A DNA stretch of 38,806 nucleotides, taken from IMG/VR virus record IMGVR_UViG_3300006120_000041, positions 1 through 38,806 of that record; one strand, 5' to 3'. This DNA comes from a virus (Duplodnaviria; Caudoviricetes). Shown here one piece after another: positions 8,399-17,337 of this stretch. Position 1 is the stretch's first letter, and the number at the start of each line of letters is the position of its first letter. The position numbers were made by a program, and so were the translations under genes. A model generated the notes under the pieces. It saw nothing but the letters and a program-made list of their open reading frames with translations, was not told where the DNA came from and searched no databases.

Positions 8399-10375
8399 TT
8401 ATTTGATCATAAATCCAGCCAATTGTTGCATACGCACCAGCCCAAGGTCAGGTAGTTCAACGTTTTCTAGAGTAGGTACGACTGACGGAACTGCTGATTG
8501 AATGGGCGCACCCCAACATTCTTGAATACCATGTACAGGACACATTTGGCCAGCCTCACTCATATTGCACGTGCCGTCATCTTGCAATAGGCTATTGCTC
8601 ATACCGCCATCCACACTATGAACACTGTCGTCTTCCATGGCAGCTGGAATTGGGTTGAGCCCATATCCTTCTTCGGTCGCATAGTCTACAGGAGTTTCTT
8701 CCATGTCCATTGGCACCATAGCTTCGTCGATGCCTATATCTTTAGCAAAACGATCTCCAATCCACTCATAAGGATCTCCGTCGCGGCCTTTTTTTGTACC
8801 ATACGGCATGTCATCAAAATAGTAATCATACAACACATCATATAGTGCATCGGTCATTTCGCCAGTGGCTTCAAAATCTTTGACATCACGTTTATAGATA
8901 TTTAAAATATGTTGGAATGTGTTGCCATTTTCATCCAGTGTAACATTCTCTTTGAGTCCGGCGGCACGACGAATTGATTCTAAAATGTCTTCTTCCACTG
9001 GTTTCAAGTCAGTCTGATCTGGTTCGCCTGGTGCAGAATTTTTATACTCGTCAATTTCTTGATCAGTTTCGCCTTGCTCAACATCTGCAGGATTGGTCGC
9101 ATCAGGAGGATTCATTGCGTAATCAGCATCCACATCCAGGCGATTTACAACCTCTGCCACATCAGGATGATCACTCAACTCTTGCATACGCAAGAATACC
9201 AATTCACGGCAATCAACGTTGGCATCACGATCAGCAAGGTTATGCAATTGATCAAACAACACATCATCGCCCAGCAGGTCATACAGTTCTTCCGTGGCAT
9301 TGGTAGCATCAGCACCCACTGGTAGTTCTGATTGCATGAGTTCGATCAGTCTGTCTTGTTTTTCTGGAGTGTCGGGCACTGACCAAGTTCCTTCTACCAG
9401 GCGGTTGGCCCAGGCTTCAAATATGTTGGCTTCTTTCATAGCTTGTCCTTGTTGTTGTATACGGGCCAGCAAGGGTAGTGCTGCCTCAATTCTGGAATCT
9501 ATACTTTGTGTCACAAATAGATTCTTCAGTCCTTCAATTACCACATCCTGCTCGGTTATTTCTGCAGGTTGCCAGCTTTCAAAATAGTTTGTGTAGCCTT
9601 GACTTGCGCCAAGTCCTTTGATCACTCGTTGTAAATTTTCGTAATAGGTGTTGGTTTCTTCGACCAGTTGTCCTGTGTCACCTTCAAATATCTGTCCGTG
9701 ATTGGCTCTGCGAAAACGACTCAGCACATTGAGTTCTTCAACTATGCCTACAATGTGTTGACCACGTGGATCATAAGGCTTGCCGCCTTGCCGCACATGC
9801 TCTAGCATGGCGCGGCCACCTGACAGTTTGGTAAATGGCAATCGGAAACGTTCGCCATCGGCAGTTTCAATGTATAGACTTTCTACATAACGGAAACGTG
9901 CGTCATTTTCACCTAATGGGCGTTTGTGTTTGACCATGAGTCTTGCTTCAGTGGCAGGGCCTAGCCAGCTGGTAGTTCTATTGCCAGACCAGGATTCAAA
10001 CAATCCTTCTTTGATTGCAGCCTGACCTTGCATGCTGTAACGCAATCGATTGATGTTCTTTATGCCAAAACTCATGTGATTTCTGATGCTGAAATCTTTG
10101 AGTTGTTCAAGGAAACTAAACCAGCTTTGCTTGTCCTCACCTTCCATGGTCTTGCCCACATTGTCTGCACAGAACACAGTGAGTTCGCCATCGTCTCCTA
10201 GCAGTATCACGATAGTACCGTAGTCTTTGCCAGACTCTGCACGAAACTCAAAACTAAACATTTCTGCTTGTTTGGGATCCGGAGCAGGTTTTCCACGGAC
10301 ATCCAGCATGTTGGGATCAAAGTCTCTGCTGGTCAAAAGATCAAAAAGTTTAAAAGCGGCGTTTTGCTGTGACAT
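8399..10375 (-). CDS. Large acidic protein, probable head core or internal protein
   Basis: 658 aa, downstream of terminase, own late box; many hydrophobic-x-E motifs; IRRAAGL and RMQQLAG motifs; CPVHG..EC near the C-terminus. Confidence 0.6.
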   Translation of the reverse strand: MSQQNAAFKLFDLLTSRDFDPNMLDVRGKPAPDPKQAEMFSFEFRAESGKDYGTIVILLGDDGELTVFCADNVGKTMEGEDKQSWFSFLEQLKDFSIRNHMSFGIKNINRLRYSMQGQAAIKEGLFESWSGNRTTSWLGPATEARLMVKHKRPLGENDARFRYVESLYIETADGERFRLPFTKLSGGRAMLEHVRQGGKPYDPRGQHIVGIVEELNVLSRFRRANHGQIFEGDTGQLVEETNTYYENLQRVIKGLGASQGYTNYFESWQPAEITEQDVVIEGLKNLFVTQSIDSRIEAALPLLARIQQQGQAMKEANIFEAWANRLVEGTWSVPDTPEKQDRLIELMQSELPVGADATNATEELYDLLGDDVLFDQLHNLADRDANVDCRELVFLRMQELSDHPDVAEVVNRLDVDADYAMNPPDATNPADVEQGETDQEIDEYKNSAPGEPDQTDLKPVEEDILESIRRAAGLKENVTLDENGNTFQHILNIYKRDVKDFEATGEMTDALYDVLYDYYFDDMPYGTKKGRDGDPYEWIGDRFAKDIGIDEAMVPMDMEETPVDYATEEGYGLNPIPAAMEDDSVHSVDGGMSNSLLQDDGTCNMSEAGQMCPVHGIQECWGAPIQSAVPSVVPTLENVELPDLGLVRMQQLAGFMIK

Positions 10376-10382
10376 AGTAGTG

Positions 10383-10388
10383 TATTTA
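10383..10388 (-). promoter_or_regulatory. T4-late-like box 7 nt before ATG (leaderless)
   Basis: cTAAATA cactact ATG, no RBS. Confidence 0.65.
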
Positions 10389-10392
10389 GTCG

Positions 10393-11958
10393 TTATCTAC
10401 GTATACTGATAAAGGGCATGGGTGCAATAATAACATCTCCGTGATCACGCATTTGACTATCCATTTCTGTGTGATATGTTTGTAGCAGTTGCATCATGCG
10501 CACTGCCAACAACGAAGCCATGACCAAATCGTCAGTTTCTCCGGGTTTAGCGGCATAGCTTACTCCGTGTGCCACAAATGTTTTTAATTCTGAAATCAGC
10601 GGAATACTACGGATTTTCATTCGTCCAGATTCTATTAGTGTTTTAAACTTGTTACAAGCAGCCAATTTGAGCTTTTGTGTGGTGTTAAAGCCTTTACGAT
10701 ATCTACGCCCAGAGCTGCCACTGTTGGGATCACTCAAAAAATATCCTTCAATATTTTCTTCACCATACTCTGCAATGGATATCAGTGCAGCTTCGCCAAT
10801 GGTGTTGTTTTCAATACTGTAATAGATTTTTTGTGGATCTTTTACAGTTTCATTTATATGCTTGCATATGTCAGTGAGAATTCTTATTTGTTCTGGTATG
10901 GGTGTTCTATTATGCCGCCATTCACCGATCTGCTCTGTGGTATTTGCTTCAAATATCTGTATGGCCGCAGGATCTCCCCCTGTGCCCAAACTAGGATCCA
11001 ATGCAACTACGTACATACGGTCAGGTTTGGGTCGTTGATACCAACGCACCTGCCCTGTGCGATATGCAGGTTCGATACCGTATAATTCAATCAGCTTGGT
11101 AGGAGCTATCAAAGTCTCATCATTGATAATAAATTCGCAGTCCATTTCACGGCGAAAACGATCTTCACCCAATTGTGCTCGTTGTTCTTCAGCCCATTTT
11201 TGGTCACGGTCTGGGTGTTCGTGCCAGTAACTGCGATAGGCTTTGAATCCATTTACACCAACTATGGTAGGATTACCGTAGCTGTCCTCGCAACGATTGG
11301 CACCTTTCCACAGTAGTGCAAATTGATCCTCGTCTGAGTTAGGAGTACTTGTAATAATTGCTTTACCACCAGTGGCCAAAGTAGGTGATATGGATGTCCA
11401 AAATTCTTTGGCTATACCTGGTCGTACAAATGCAAACTCGTCTGCGTATAGTAGAGATATTGACATACCACGGCCGGTATTTTCTGTAGTAGTTGCACTT
11501 ACTATACGAGATCCATTTTCAAAATCCAAGTTACCTTTGTTATAGCTGGTACATCCTGCACGAATATGATCTGGACACAATTCATATGCGTATCTTATGC
11601 GTTGCATAATTTCTTGTGATCCTGTGTACTTGTGAGCCGCAATCAGAATAGTTGAGTCCGGTACAAACATTGCGTACCATAACAAGTACCCTGCGGCCGA
11701 TGTTGACTTGCCTGTTTGTCGAGGCATCATTGATATTGAAAATCTATGATTATGGTAAGTTTTGATCAGCCTTTTTTGATATTCAAACGGATGATACAAC
11801 ATTTTACCACGTGTTGGATGTTGTATGAAAAAATAATTGTCAAGAAAATACATAGGCCCTGTGTCAGGGTCTGCGCATTTTATAAATTCTTCTAACTGGT
11901 CTTCTGTAAAACTTTGACGTTTATGAGGGGCTTTGACTAAGACTGCTTCTGCTGCCAT
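10393..11958 (-). CDS. 17: Terminase large subunit (T4 gp17-like)
   Basis: YQK adenine-binding motif, Walker A PRQTGKS, Walker B LLYADE, ITSTPN, RNase H-like VALDPS ... DDLVMA. Confidence 0.95.
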   Translation of the reverse strand: MAAEAVLVKAPHKRQSFTEDQLEEFIKCADPDTGPMYFLDNYFFIQHPTRGKMLYHPFEYQKRLIKTYHNHRFSISMMPRQTGKSTSAAGYLLWYAMFVPDSTILIAAHKYTGSQEIMQRIRYAYELCPDHIRAGCTSYNKGNLDFENGSRIVSATTTENTGRGMSISLLYADEFAFVRPGIAKEFWTSISPTLATGGKAIITSTPNSDEDQFALLWKGANRCEDSYGNPTIVGVNGFKAYRSYWHEHPDRDQKWAEEQRAQLGEDRFRREMDCEFIINDETLIAPTKLIELYGIEPAYRTGQVRWYQRPKPDRMYVVALDPSLGTGGDPAAIQIFEANTTEQIGEWRHNRTPIPEQIRILTDICKHINETVKDPQKIYYSIENNTIGEAALISIAEYGEENIEGYFLSDPNSGSSGRRYRKGFNTTQKLKLAACNKFKTLIESGRMKIRSIPLISELKTFVAHGVSYAAKPGETDDLVMASLLAVRMMQLLQTYHTEMDSQMRDHGDVIIAPMPFISIRR

Positions 11959-13094
11959 AATAGATCTCCAAATTCTGGCCAGAGTCTGGCAAAATCACCA
12001 GCATTATTAGTGTGATATTTATTTTCAATGGTATCAACAAACTTTTTCAAGTTATTTAAACTATGTTGATCAGCCTGATCCTTTGACTTATACGTGGTTA
12101 ATGCTGAGTCGAACAAGGCTTTTTCTTGTGCATCAACTTCAAACATGTCATACATTTTTTGAATTTCTTGTGCAGCCAAGCTAGCTACTTCTTGTCCATA
12201 ATTTCTAGGATCTAATTCAGCAGGAGTTCCTAGATTTTGCCATCTAATAACTAGCCCACGATCCTGTGCAAACTTTTTAAATTCGCATAGTCTAGTGGCA
12301 TTATACAAATTGTATACTGCATGTATACCTCCCCAGTGTCCGTTGTTCTTCATTAAGAGTTGCACAAGATCAAGGTTATGTAACAGTTGATTCCAGTTTG
12401 CCCCGTTACGTACATATTCAAATCTGTCTTGAATGTTGTCAAAACTTATAGACCATCCCACACAAGATCTTTGACTGAGTTTTTTAAATATGCGATTATC
12501 TTCTAGTACATTGCTGAGATTGGTTATGATTGTGATTACGCAATCAGGCGGAATGACATCTAGCAATCTTTCATTTTCTGGTAGCAATAAAGGCTCACCG
12601 CCAACCAGTGCTACTTCTTTTACTTGATCATAGTGTTGTTTAATAAAATCACAAACATCTGTATAGTAATGTCTGGTGTCAGATGACACAGATATCTTTT
12701 GTAAGCTAGCCCATTTGGAACTATCTCTCGGTCCACAATAATTACAACTCAAATTACAAGTTGTATTCCATCTAACATCGATAATGGTTGGGAAATGATA
12801 CTGTACTCCTGCTTGTGCATAATCAAAATCAGGATTGGCTGAATTGTGCCAAGAACGCTCACTGTCGCCTCCGTGACGTTCTCTGTCTATGCAATTTGAG
12901 CAATAGTTGTGTAACTGTCCTTGACTTATTGAATGTCGAATTTCTTGAAGTTTAGGACCATCAAGTATCTGATCAATTCTTTGATTGTTAAGATTACCCA
13001 GCATGTTAGGGTTGCCAGCACAACAAGTTTTAACATCGCCTCTGACATTAATGTGCAAGCCCCTCCAGGGAGCCGCACAATAAAAATTACTCAT
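11937..13094 (-). CDS. Radical SAM protein with N-terminal SPASM/twitch-like Cys cluster
   Basis: CAAPW..LHINVRGDVKTCC...CSNC, then CNLSCNYC, GGEPLL, ITN. Confidence 0.85.
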   Translation of the reverse strand: MSNFYCAAPWRGLHINVRGDVKTCCAGNPNMLGNLNNQRIDQILDGPKLQEIRHSISQGQLHNYCSNCIDRERHGGDSERSWHNSANPDFDYAQAGVQYHFPTIIDVRWNTTCNLSCNYCGPRDSSKWASLQKISVSSDTRHYYTDVCDFIKQHYDQVKEVALVGGEPLLLPENERLLDVIPPDCVITIITNLSNVLEDNRIFKKLSQRSCVGWSISFDNIQDRFEYVRNGANWNQLLHNLDLVQLLMKNNGHWGGIHAVYNLYNATRLCEFKKFAQDRGLVIRWQNLGTPAELDPRNYGQEVASLAAQEIQKMYDMFEVDAQEKALFDSALTTYKSKDQADQHSLNNLKKFVDTIENKYHTNNAGDFARLWPEFGDLLWQQKQS

Positions 13095-13915
13095 CAGTCG
13101 TCAGAAGCGCTGGCACCGCACTTGGTACGTTTGGCCTGCGTTAGCTTACCAAAATCCACTGGCCACTCTTTTCCTGGAGGTACTTCTTGTGCTCCTGGAG
13201 GAAATGCAAATTGTACTCCTGCAGCTTGCTCAATTTGTGCAATAGGCAAACGGAACTTGGTCAAGTCATTGCCCAAGTTAGGATATGGTGCAACATGAGG
13301 AAAGGCCCACCCTGCAATCTGTCCAGTTTGATTGTTGATCACAATTTTGTAAAAACCATGTGGCACAACAACACCTTTGCCAATGGTTTTGTCTTGTGCA
13401 TTATACACACCACCTGCAATCACTGTGTAGCTGTTGTTGCCTTGTACTGCCCACCCACGCACTGAAGTTTCCAGTAGTTTCCAAATACCGCGATTGAGAG
13501 ACCCTGCTTGTGGGCTCATGTTGGTCATTAGGAATGATTCGTACTCGACTTGTGGATCCCAGCTCAAGTCTCCGTCCGGAGCCATGTGTCCTTTATCGTA
13601 TCCAGTGGCTGCATAGTCTTGTGGTGTAGCACCATTGGGCACTGATTGATCAGCAGCAAAAGCATTGGTCCTGGCCACACATCCTAATGCATTTTGTGGC
13701 AGCAGTTCATACATCACATATTTAGGTAGTTTGGCGGCAGCATCATAACCAACTAGATATGCTTGACGGCAAATAGGTTGTACTCCTGAAGTCTGAGGGA
13801 AACCATAAGGTGCATGCACTCGGCATGACTGCGGATCTTGGGGTGCACGTTGTGTCCAAGCAATGCTTGACAATGACATAACCGTCATTAAGACGGCAAA
13901 TAAGATTTTTTTCAT
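13094..13915 (-). CDS. DNA/RNA non-specific endonuclease (NucA/Serratia family) with signal peptide
   Basis: YDKGHMAP (DRGH-type), SFLMTNMSPQ...NRGIWKLLE, VPHGFYK; N-terminal MKKILFAVLMTVMSLSSIA; several Cys. Confidence 0.92.
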   Translation of the reverse strand: MKKILFAVLMTVMSLSSIAWTQRAPQDPQSCRVHAPYGFPQTSGVQPICRQAYLVGYDAAAKLPKYVMYELLPQNALGCVARTNAFAADQSVPNGATPQDYAATGYDKGHMAPDGDLSWDPQVEYESFLMTNMSPQAGSLNRGIWKLLETSVRGWAVQGNNSYTVIAGGVYNAQDKTIGKGVVVPHGFYKIVINNQTGQIAGWAFPHVAPYPNLGNDLTKFRLPIAQIEQAAGVQFAFPPGAQEVPPGKEWPVDFGKLTQAKRTKCGASASDD

Positions 13916-13937
13916 TTTAATTTCCTTTGTGAACAGA

Positions 13938-13943
13938 TATTTA
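13938..13943 (-). promoter_or_regulatory. T4-late-like box overlapping the upstream TAA stop
   Basis: gaaTAAATA tctgttcacaAAGGAaattaaa ATG. Confidence 0.6.
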
Positions 13944-14819
13944 TTCTACCGTATGCACGTTGTTTAAATTGCCAAAAGGTGGTTCGCCACGTGTGACATT
14001 TTGATATAGTGCGCGATTACTCAATATTTCTACCCAGGTATCTACTCCAGGTTTGTTTAATTTCCAAAAATCAAATGTCATATGACTACTGACAGGTCGG
14101 CAATACAGTGTACGCTCTTGTGGTATGACCATGAGTTGTGCAGTGGTGCGCATTTTTTTGCGATCAGTACTGGTACGCATCACATTGAGTTGCGGATTAT
14201 CTACATAAATTTGACAGAGCCCATCAATCATTTGTTCTGGGTCTTGGGCTTGATCAACCACTGCTTGAGCCTGTACTAGTCTTGCTTCTGAGCTGATACG
14301 ACTGAGTTCTTGATTTTCGTCGATGCCGCGTTGATAACCAGCCCAGGGCAACAATATCCCGTGATTGGTTCTTGCCACTGTTTCATTCTTTTGTATTCTT
14401 TTGAGTCTGTAGGTATAACGATCGTTGCGCTGACTGCTTTCTAGCAAAAAACAGTTATCTCTGTCAACAATGATACTGTTGCCACTCAGTTCATATTCAG
14501 CGGCAGCTCTGGCTGCATCAAATGCATTGTGTTTTTCCAGTGCACGTTTAATTCTAACACCGTCTGGTGATTTTTCTTTCACAGACTTAGTTATTTCTTT
14601 TTCGTCATTTTGTACCATAAGGCTGGCACTGAGTATGCCTACACCATTTGAATTGATACCTTCCATGTATTTGGTAACATCATCCTCAAACAGCAGTCGT
14701 TCTATTCCATTGGCATCTTCGACACGATTAAAACTAATTTCAGGTGTATAATTACGGTCGCGGTTTTTCACAGCTACCCAACCTGTGTCTTCAAAATATT
14801 TGGCAATCACAACACACAT
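13941..14819 (-). CDS. N-terminal nucleophile (Ntn) hydrolase, peptidase C45/choloylglycine hydrolase/NRDE-like
   Basis: Starts M-C (Cys2 nucleophile), KNRD motif, EGINSNGV, ARTNH, SS.AR. Confidence 0.8.
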   Translation of the reverse strand: MCVVIAKYFEDTGWVAVKNRDRNYTPEISFNRVEDANGIERLLFEDDVTKYMEGINSNGVGILSASLMVQNDEKEITKSVKEKSPDGVRIKRALEKHNAFDAARAAAEYELSGNSIIVDRDNCFLLESSQRNDRYTYRLKRIQKNETVARTNHGILLPWAGYQRGIDENQELSRISSEARLVQAQAVVDQAQDPEQMIDGLCQIYVDNPQLNVMRTSTDRKKMRTTAQLMVIPQERTLYCRPVSSHMTFDFWKLNKPGVDTWVEILSNRALYQNVTRGEPPFGNLNNVHTVE

Positions 14820-15202
14820 TATCTTGGGTATCCTTTGAATGGTCGAACTGGACTGGTTTGGTTCACTGTTACAGGTTCATGACTACGTGCGCTGCCTACT
14901 GCAACTTTTCCACCACCGTAGCCAGTCATGGCCAGTGCTCGATCTATAACACCTTCAATGGAATCGTTGGCTCCTACTATTACAGAATTTTCGCCAAATG
15001 CACTTTCACTGTCCCAGGCTGGAAAATGTTCTGTCCCTTCACTGGCATCCGCTCTAGCTCGTGCTATTGCTGTGCTCAATCTATAAGTTCGATAACTATC
15101 ATTGTTACGAATACCTGGCAAATAAAAAGCATGAGCCAATGGATCTTTTGCACCAGCTGGCAAACGTTCACGAGTTTCACGAATAAATTCCTGCGCTCTC
15201 AT
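14819..15202 (-). CDS. Paralog 4 of tandem MRAxEF...SPVxxFxGYxR family; putative capsid-internal protein
   Basis: MRAQEFIRE...SHEPVTVNQTSPVRPFKGYPR. Confidence 0.8.
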   Translation of the reverse strand: MRAQEFIRETRERLPAGAKDPLAHAFYLPGIRNNDSYRTYRLSTAIARARADASEGTEHFPAWDSESAFGENSVIVGANDSIEGVIDRALAMTGYGGGKVAVGSARSHEPVTVNQTSPVRPFKGYPR

Positions 15203-15549
15203 TTAGGATATCCTTTGAATGCTCGGATTGGACTAGTCTTACCTACATCTGTTGCTTCTTGTGAACCCATGGTGCTGACCAGAGTACCTTTGACTCCTAG
15301 AGTTTTCGCAGTGGCATTTATAATCTCTTGATCAGCTTTTGTGTATGCTACTGTTACAAACTTTTGATTTGTTGGGCTTTCAGTATCCATACTAAATTCA
15401 GGCTCTCCGGCAGCTGCAACCATGAATCTCCACATTAGATAAGGATTTGAATTATCTAATGCATTGAATTTTTGCATGCCTGGCATGGCTCTGAGTTCAT
15501 CTTGTGCGAACTTTTCAATTGATTCGCGTACAAATTCTTGCGCTCTCAT
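15199..15549 (-). CDS. Paralog 3 of tandem family
   Basis: MRAQEFVRE...SQEATDVGKTSPIRAFKGYPK. Confidence 0.8.
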   Translation of the reverse strand: MRAQEFVRESIEKFAQDELRAMPGMQKFNALDNSNPYLMWRFMVAAAGEPEFSMDTESPTNQKFVTVAYTKADQEIINATAKTLGVKGTLVSTMGSQEATDVGKTSPIRAFKGYPK

Positions 15550-15914
15550 CTTGAATAACCTTGGAACTTGGCCACTGGACTAATTTTATGAGTGTCTGCA
15601 GGTTCGTGACTGCCGCCTGGAGCGTGTTGTTTTATGGTGTGTCCCATTTTTTTTAACACCCGAGCAATTTTGTCATGTTCTTCTGGGGTATATGGGTTGT
15701 ACAAAGCCATGTTGCTGACCCAACTATGTACATCAGCTTTTTCAAGATCGTCAGGATGCATGCCAGTAAGTAGCCCAACACGATAGGCATCGTAGCTACG
15801 ACCATCGTAGAAAGTTTCTTTGTTGCCAGAAGTTATACTGCTGGGACTAGCATCAGCATGACTGTGTTCAAGCTTGCTTCTTGAACTTTCTGTTACAAAT
15901 TCTTGAGCTCTCAT
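15546..15914 (-). CDS. Paralog 2 of tandem family
   Basis: MRAQEFVTE...SHEPADTHKISPVAKFQGYSR. Confidence 0.8.
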   Translation of the reverse strand: MRAQEFVTESSRSKLEHSHADASPSSITSGNKETFYDGRSYDAYRVGLLTGMHPDDLEKADVHSWVSNMALYNPYTPEEHDKIARVLKKMGHTIKQHAPGGSHEPADTHKISPVAKFQGYSR

Positions 15915-16300
15915 CTTGCATAGCCCTTGAATCCTTTGACAGGGCTAACTCGATGCACATGTTCTGGTTCAAGACTTCTATGATCATCCACAATCGGCCC
16001 ACCATCTGTAGGCACTGTGGCCATGGCCTGATGAATCATGTTGTGTTCTTGTTCAGTGTAAGGATGTATGGTGTTGTATTTTTCGTACCAAGAACTAGAA
16101 TCTACTCCAGGAATCTTTTTCTTATCTTTGCCGTCGGCACATGCTGCAGCCATCATGAGTCGATTCATGTGATAGATACGATCGTACCCGCCGGGATCAC
16201 GAGCCAAATGCACACCTTTTTGCACCTGAGCATGATCTGGATGCATCTTGGCTTTGGGCCGGGCACTAAATCCTTCTTGGATAAATTCACTTGCTCTCAT
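15911..16300 (-). CDS. Paralog 1 of tandem family
   Basis: MRASEFIQE...SLEPEHVHRVSPVKGFKGYAR. Confidence 0.8.
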   Translation of the reverse strand: MRASEFIQEGFSARPKAKMHPDHAQVQKGVHLARDPGGYDRIYHMNRLMMAAACADGKDKKKIPGVDSSSWYEKYNTIHPYTEQEHNMIHQAMATVPTDGGPIVDDHRSLEPEHVHRVSPVKGFKGYAR

Positions 16301-16302
16301 GA

Positions 16303-16803
16303 TTAGAATCCTGCAGTGGCTGAACTTGCTGTGCCTAATTCACTTGCAGTAAATCCAGAGCCAGTGATAGTTAATTTGTTTCCTGCACCCACGTAAATCT
16401 GTTGGCGACTGTTGGCCGCCACTTGCGGTGCAGAACTGTACAGATTACCCGGTGCTGGCAAAGCTAACACAAATTGATTGTAACTGCTAGCATTACCTAT
16501 GTTGGCTGTAGCATTGGCACTCAGCGTGAGTGCAGTAATGGCTGAATTAGCGGCCAGTGTAACTGATGACACAGTGGTGTTGGCTGCGATACCAATACCT
16601 GTGATTGCTGCTCCAACAACATTGGCTGCAGTAAACAGTGTGGTGTTAAGAGTAGCACTGCCATTCACAGTGTAGCCGCCAAACGTTATTGGTTCAGCCA
16701 CATTAAGCACATAAACATTGTAGTTTACATTACCAGTGGTAACAATTTCACATTTGTCTGTGTACCATACTGCATTTGACACCGAAGTGTATACGTTTGC
16801 CAT
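16303..16803 (-). CDS. Probable virion structural or decoration protein (A/T/N/S-rich beta protein)
   Basis: AAGGA RBS; VGAAITGIGIAANTTVSSV...LTLSANAT motif of the kind seen in fibre proteins. Confidence 0.6.
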   Translation of the reverse strand: MANVYTSVSNAVWYTDKCEIVTTGNVNYNVYVLNVAEPITFGGYTVNGSATLNTTLFTAANVVGAAITGIGIAANTTVSSVTLAANSAITALTLSANATANIGNASSYNQFVLALPAPGNLYSSAPQVAANSRQQIYVGAGNKLTITGSGFTASELGTASSATAGF

Positions 16804-16818
16804 TTTATTTTCCTTTGT

Positions 16819-17337
16819 TTACCACGCACGGCATGACCAATATCTGGCTTTTAGTCGCGATCCTGGGTTCTCACAATGATGTCTTGCTCTAAAACTTTTC
16901 CTACGTCCCGGAATGGATTTTTTGATTCGCATGTTGGGATCGCCAAAATTGACTTTTTTGATGTTGCCTGTCTTGGGATCTTTCACATACACTTTAGATT
17001 TCTTTACATCGCCTTTCATGGGTTTACCCAATGGCACTTTGCGTCCGTGATATTCTGCTTCGTCCATTTCGTCTTCGCCCATGGATCCACCATAGCCCAT
17101 GGTTTCCAACGCAACATCTTCAGTCAAGTCTTCTAAGGGATCCACGAGTTGTTGCCATTCAGCCAACACAGTGATAATAGAGTCATTGGCAGCCAACAGT
17201 ATGCCATCTTCAGTTGATTCAAGAATGTAAGTTTCAACCAGGGTACCGTCAGCCAATTCAAACGCAAAGTCATCACCAGCGGCCGGAGTGTCTATCCATT
17301 GTTCACTTTCAGAGATGTATTCGCGTAATGATTTCAT
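16819..17337 (-). CDS. Putative head-internal protein: capsid-targeting-like N-terminus, acidic half, basic C-terminal domain
   Basis: MKSLREYISE; C-terminal KKVNFGDPNM.IKK...RRKSFRARHHC...ARYWSCRAW. Confidence 0.7.
   Translation of the reverse strand: MKSLREYISESEQWIDTPAAGDDFAFELADGTLVETYILESTEDGILLAANDSIITVLAEWQQLVDPLEDLTEDVALETMGYGGSMGEDEMDEAEYHGRKVPLGKPMKGDVKKSKVYVKDPKTGNIKKVNFGDPNMRIKKSIPGRRKSFRARHHCENPGSRLKARYWSCRAW

Noticed and set aside
11937-16300. RiPP cluster reading (four precursors, a peptidase and a SPASM radical SAM)
   Set aside because: The small proteins look folded and are homologous along their length. Their N-termini match capsid-targeting leaders. A separately promoted nuclease lies between them and the radical SAM, and no transporter or RRE is visible. 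Not fully excluded.
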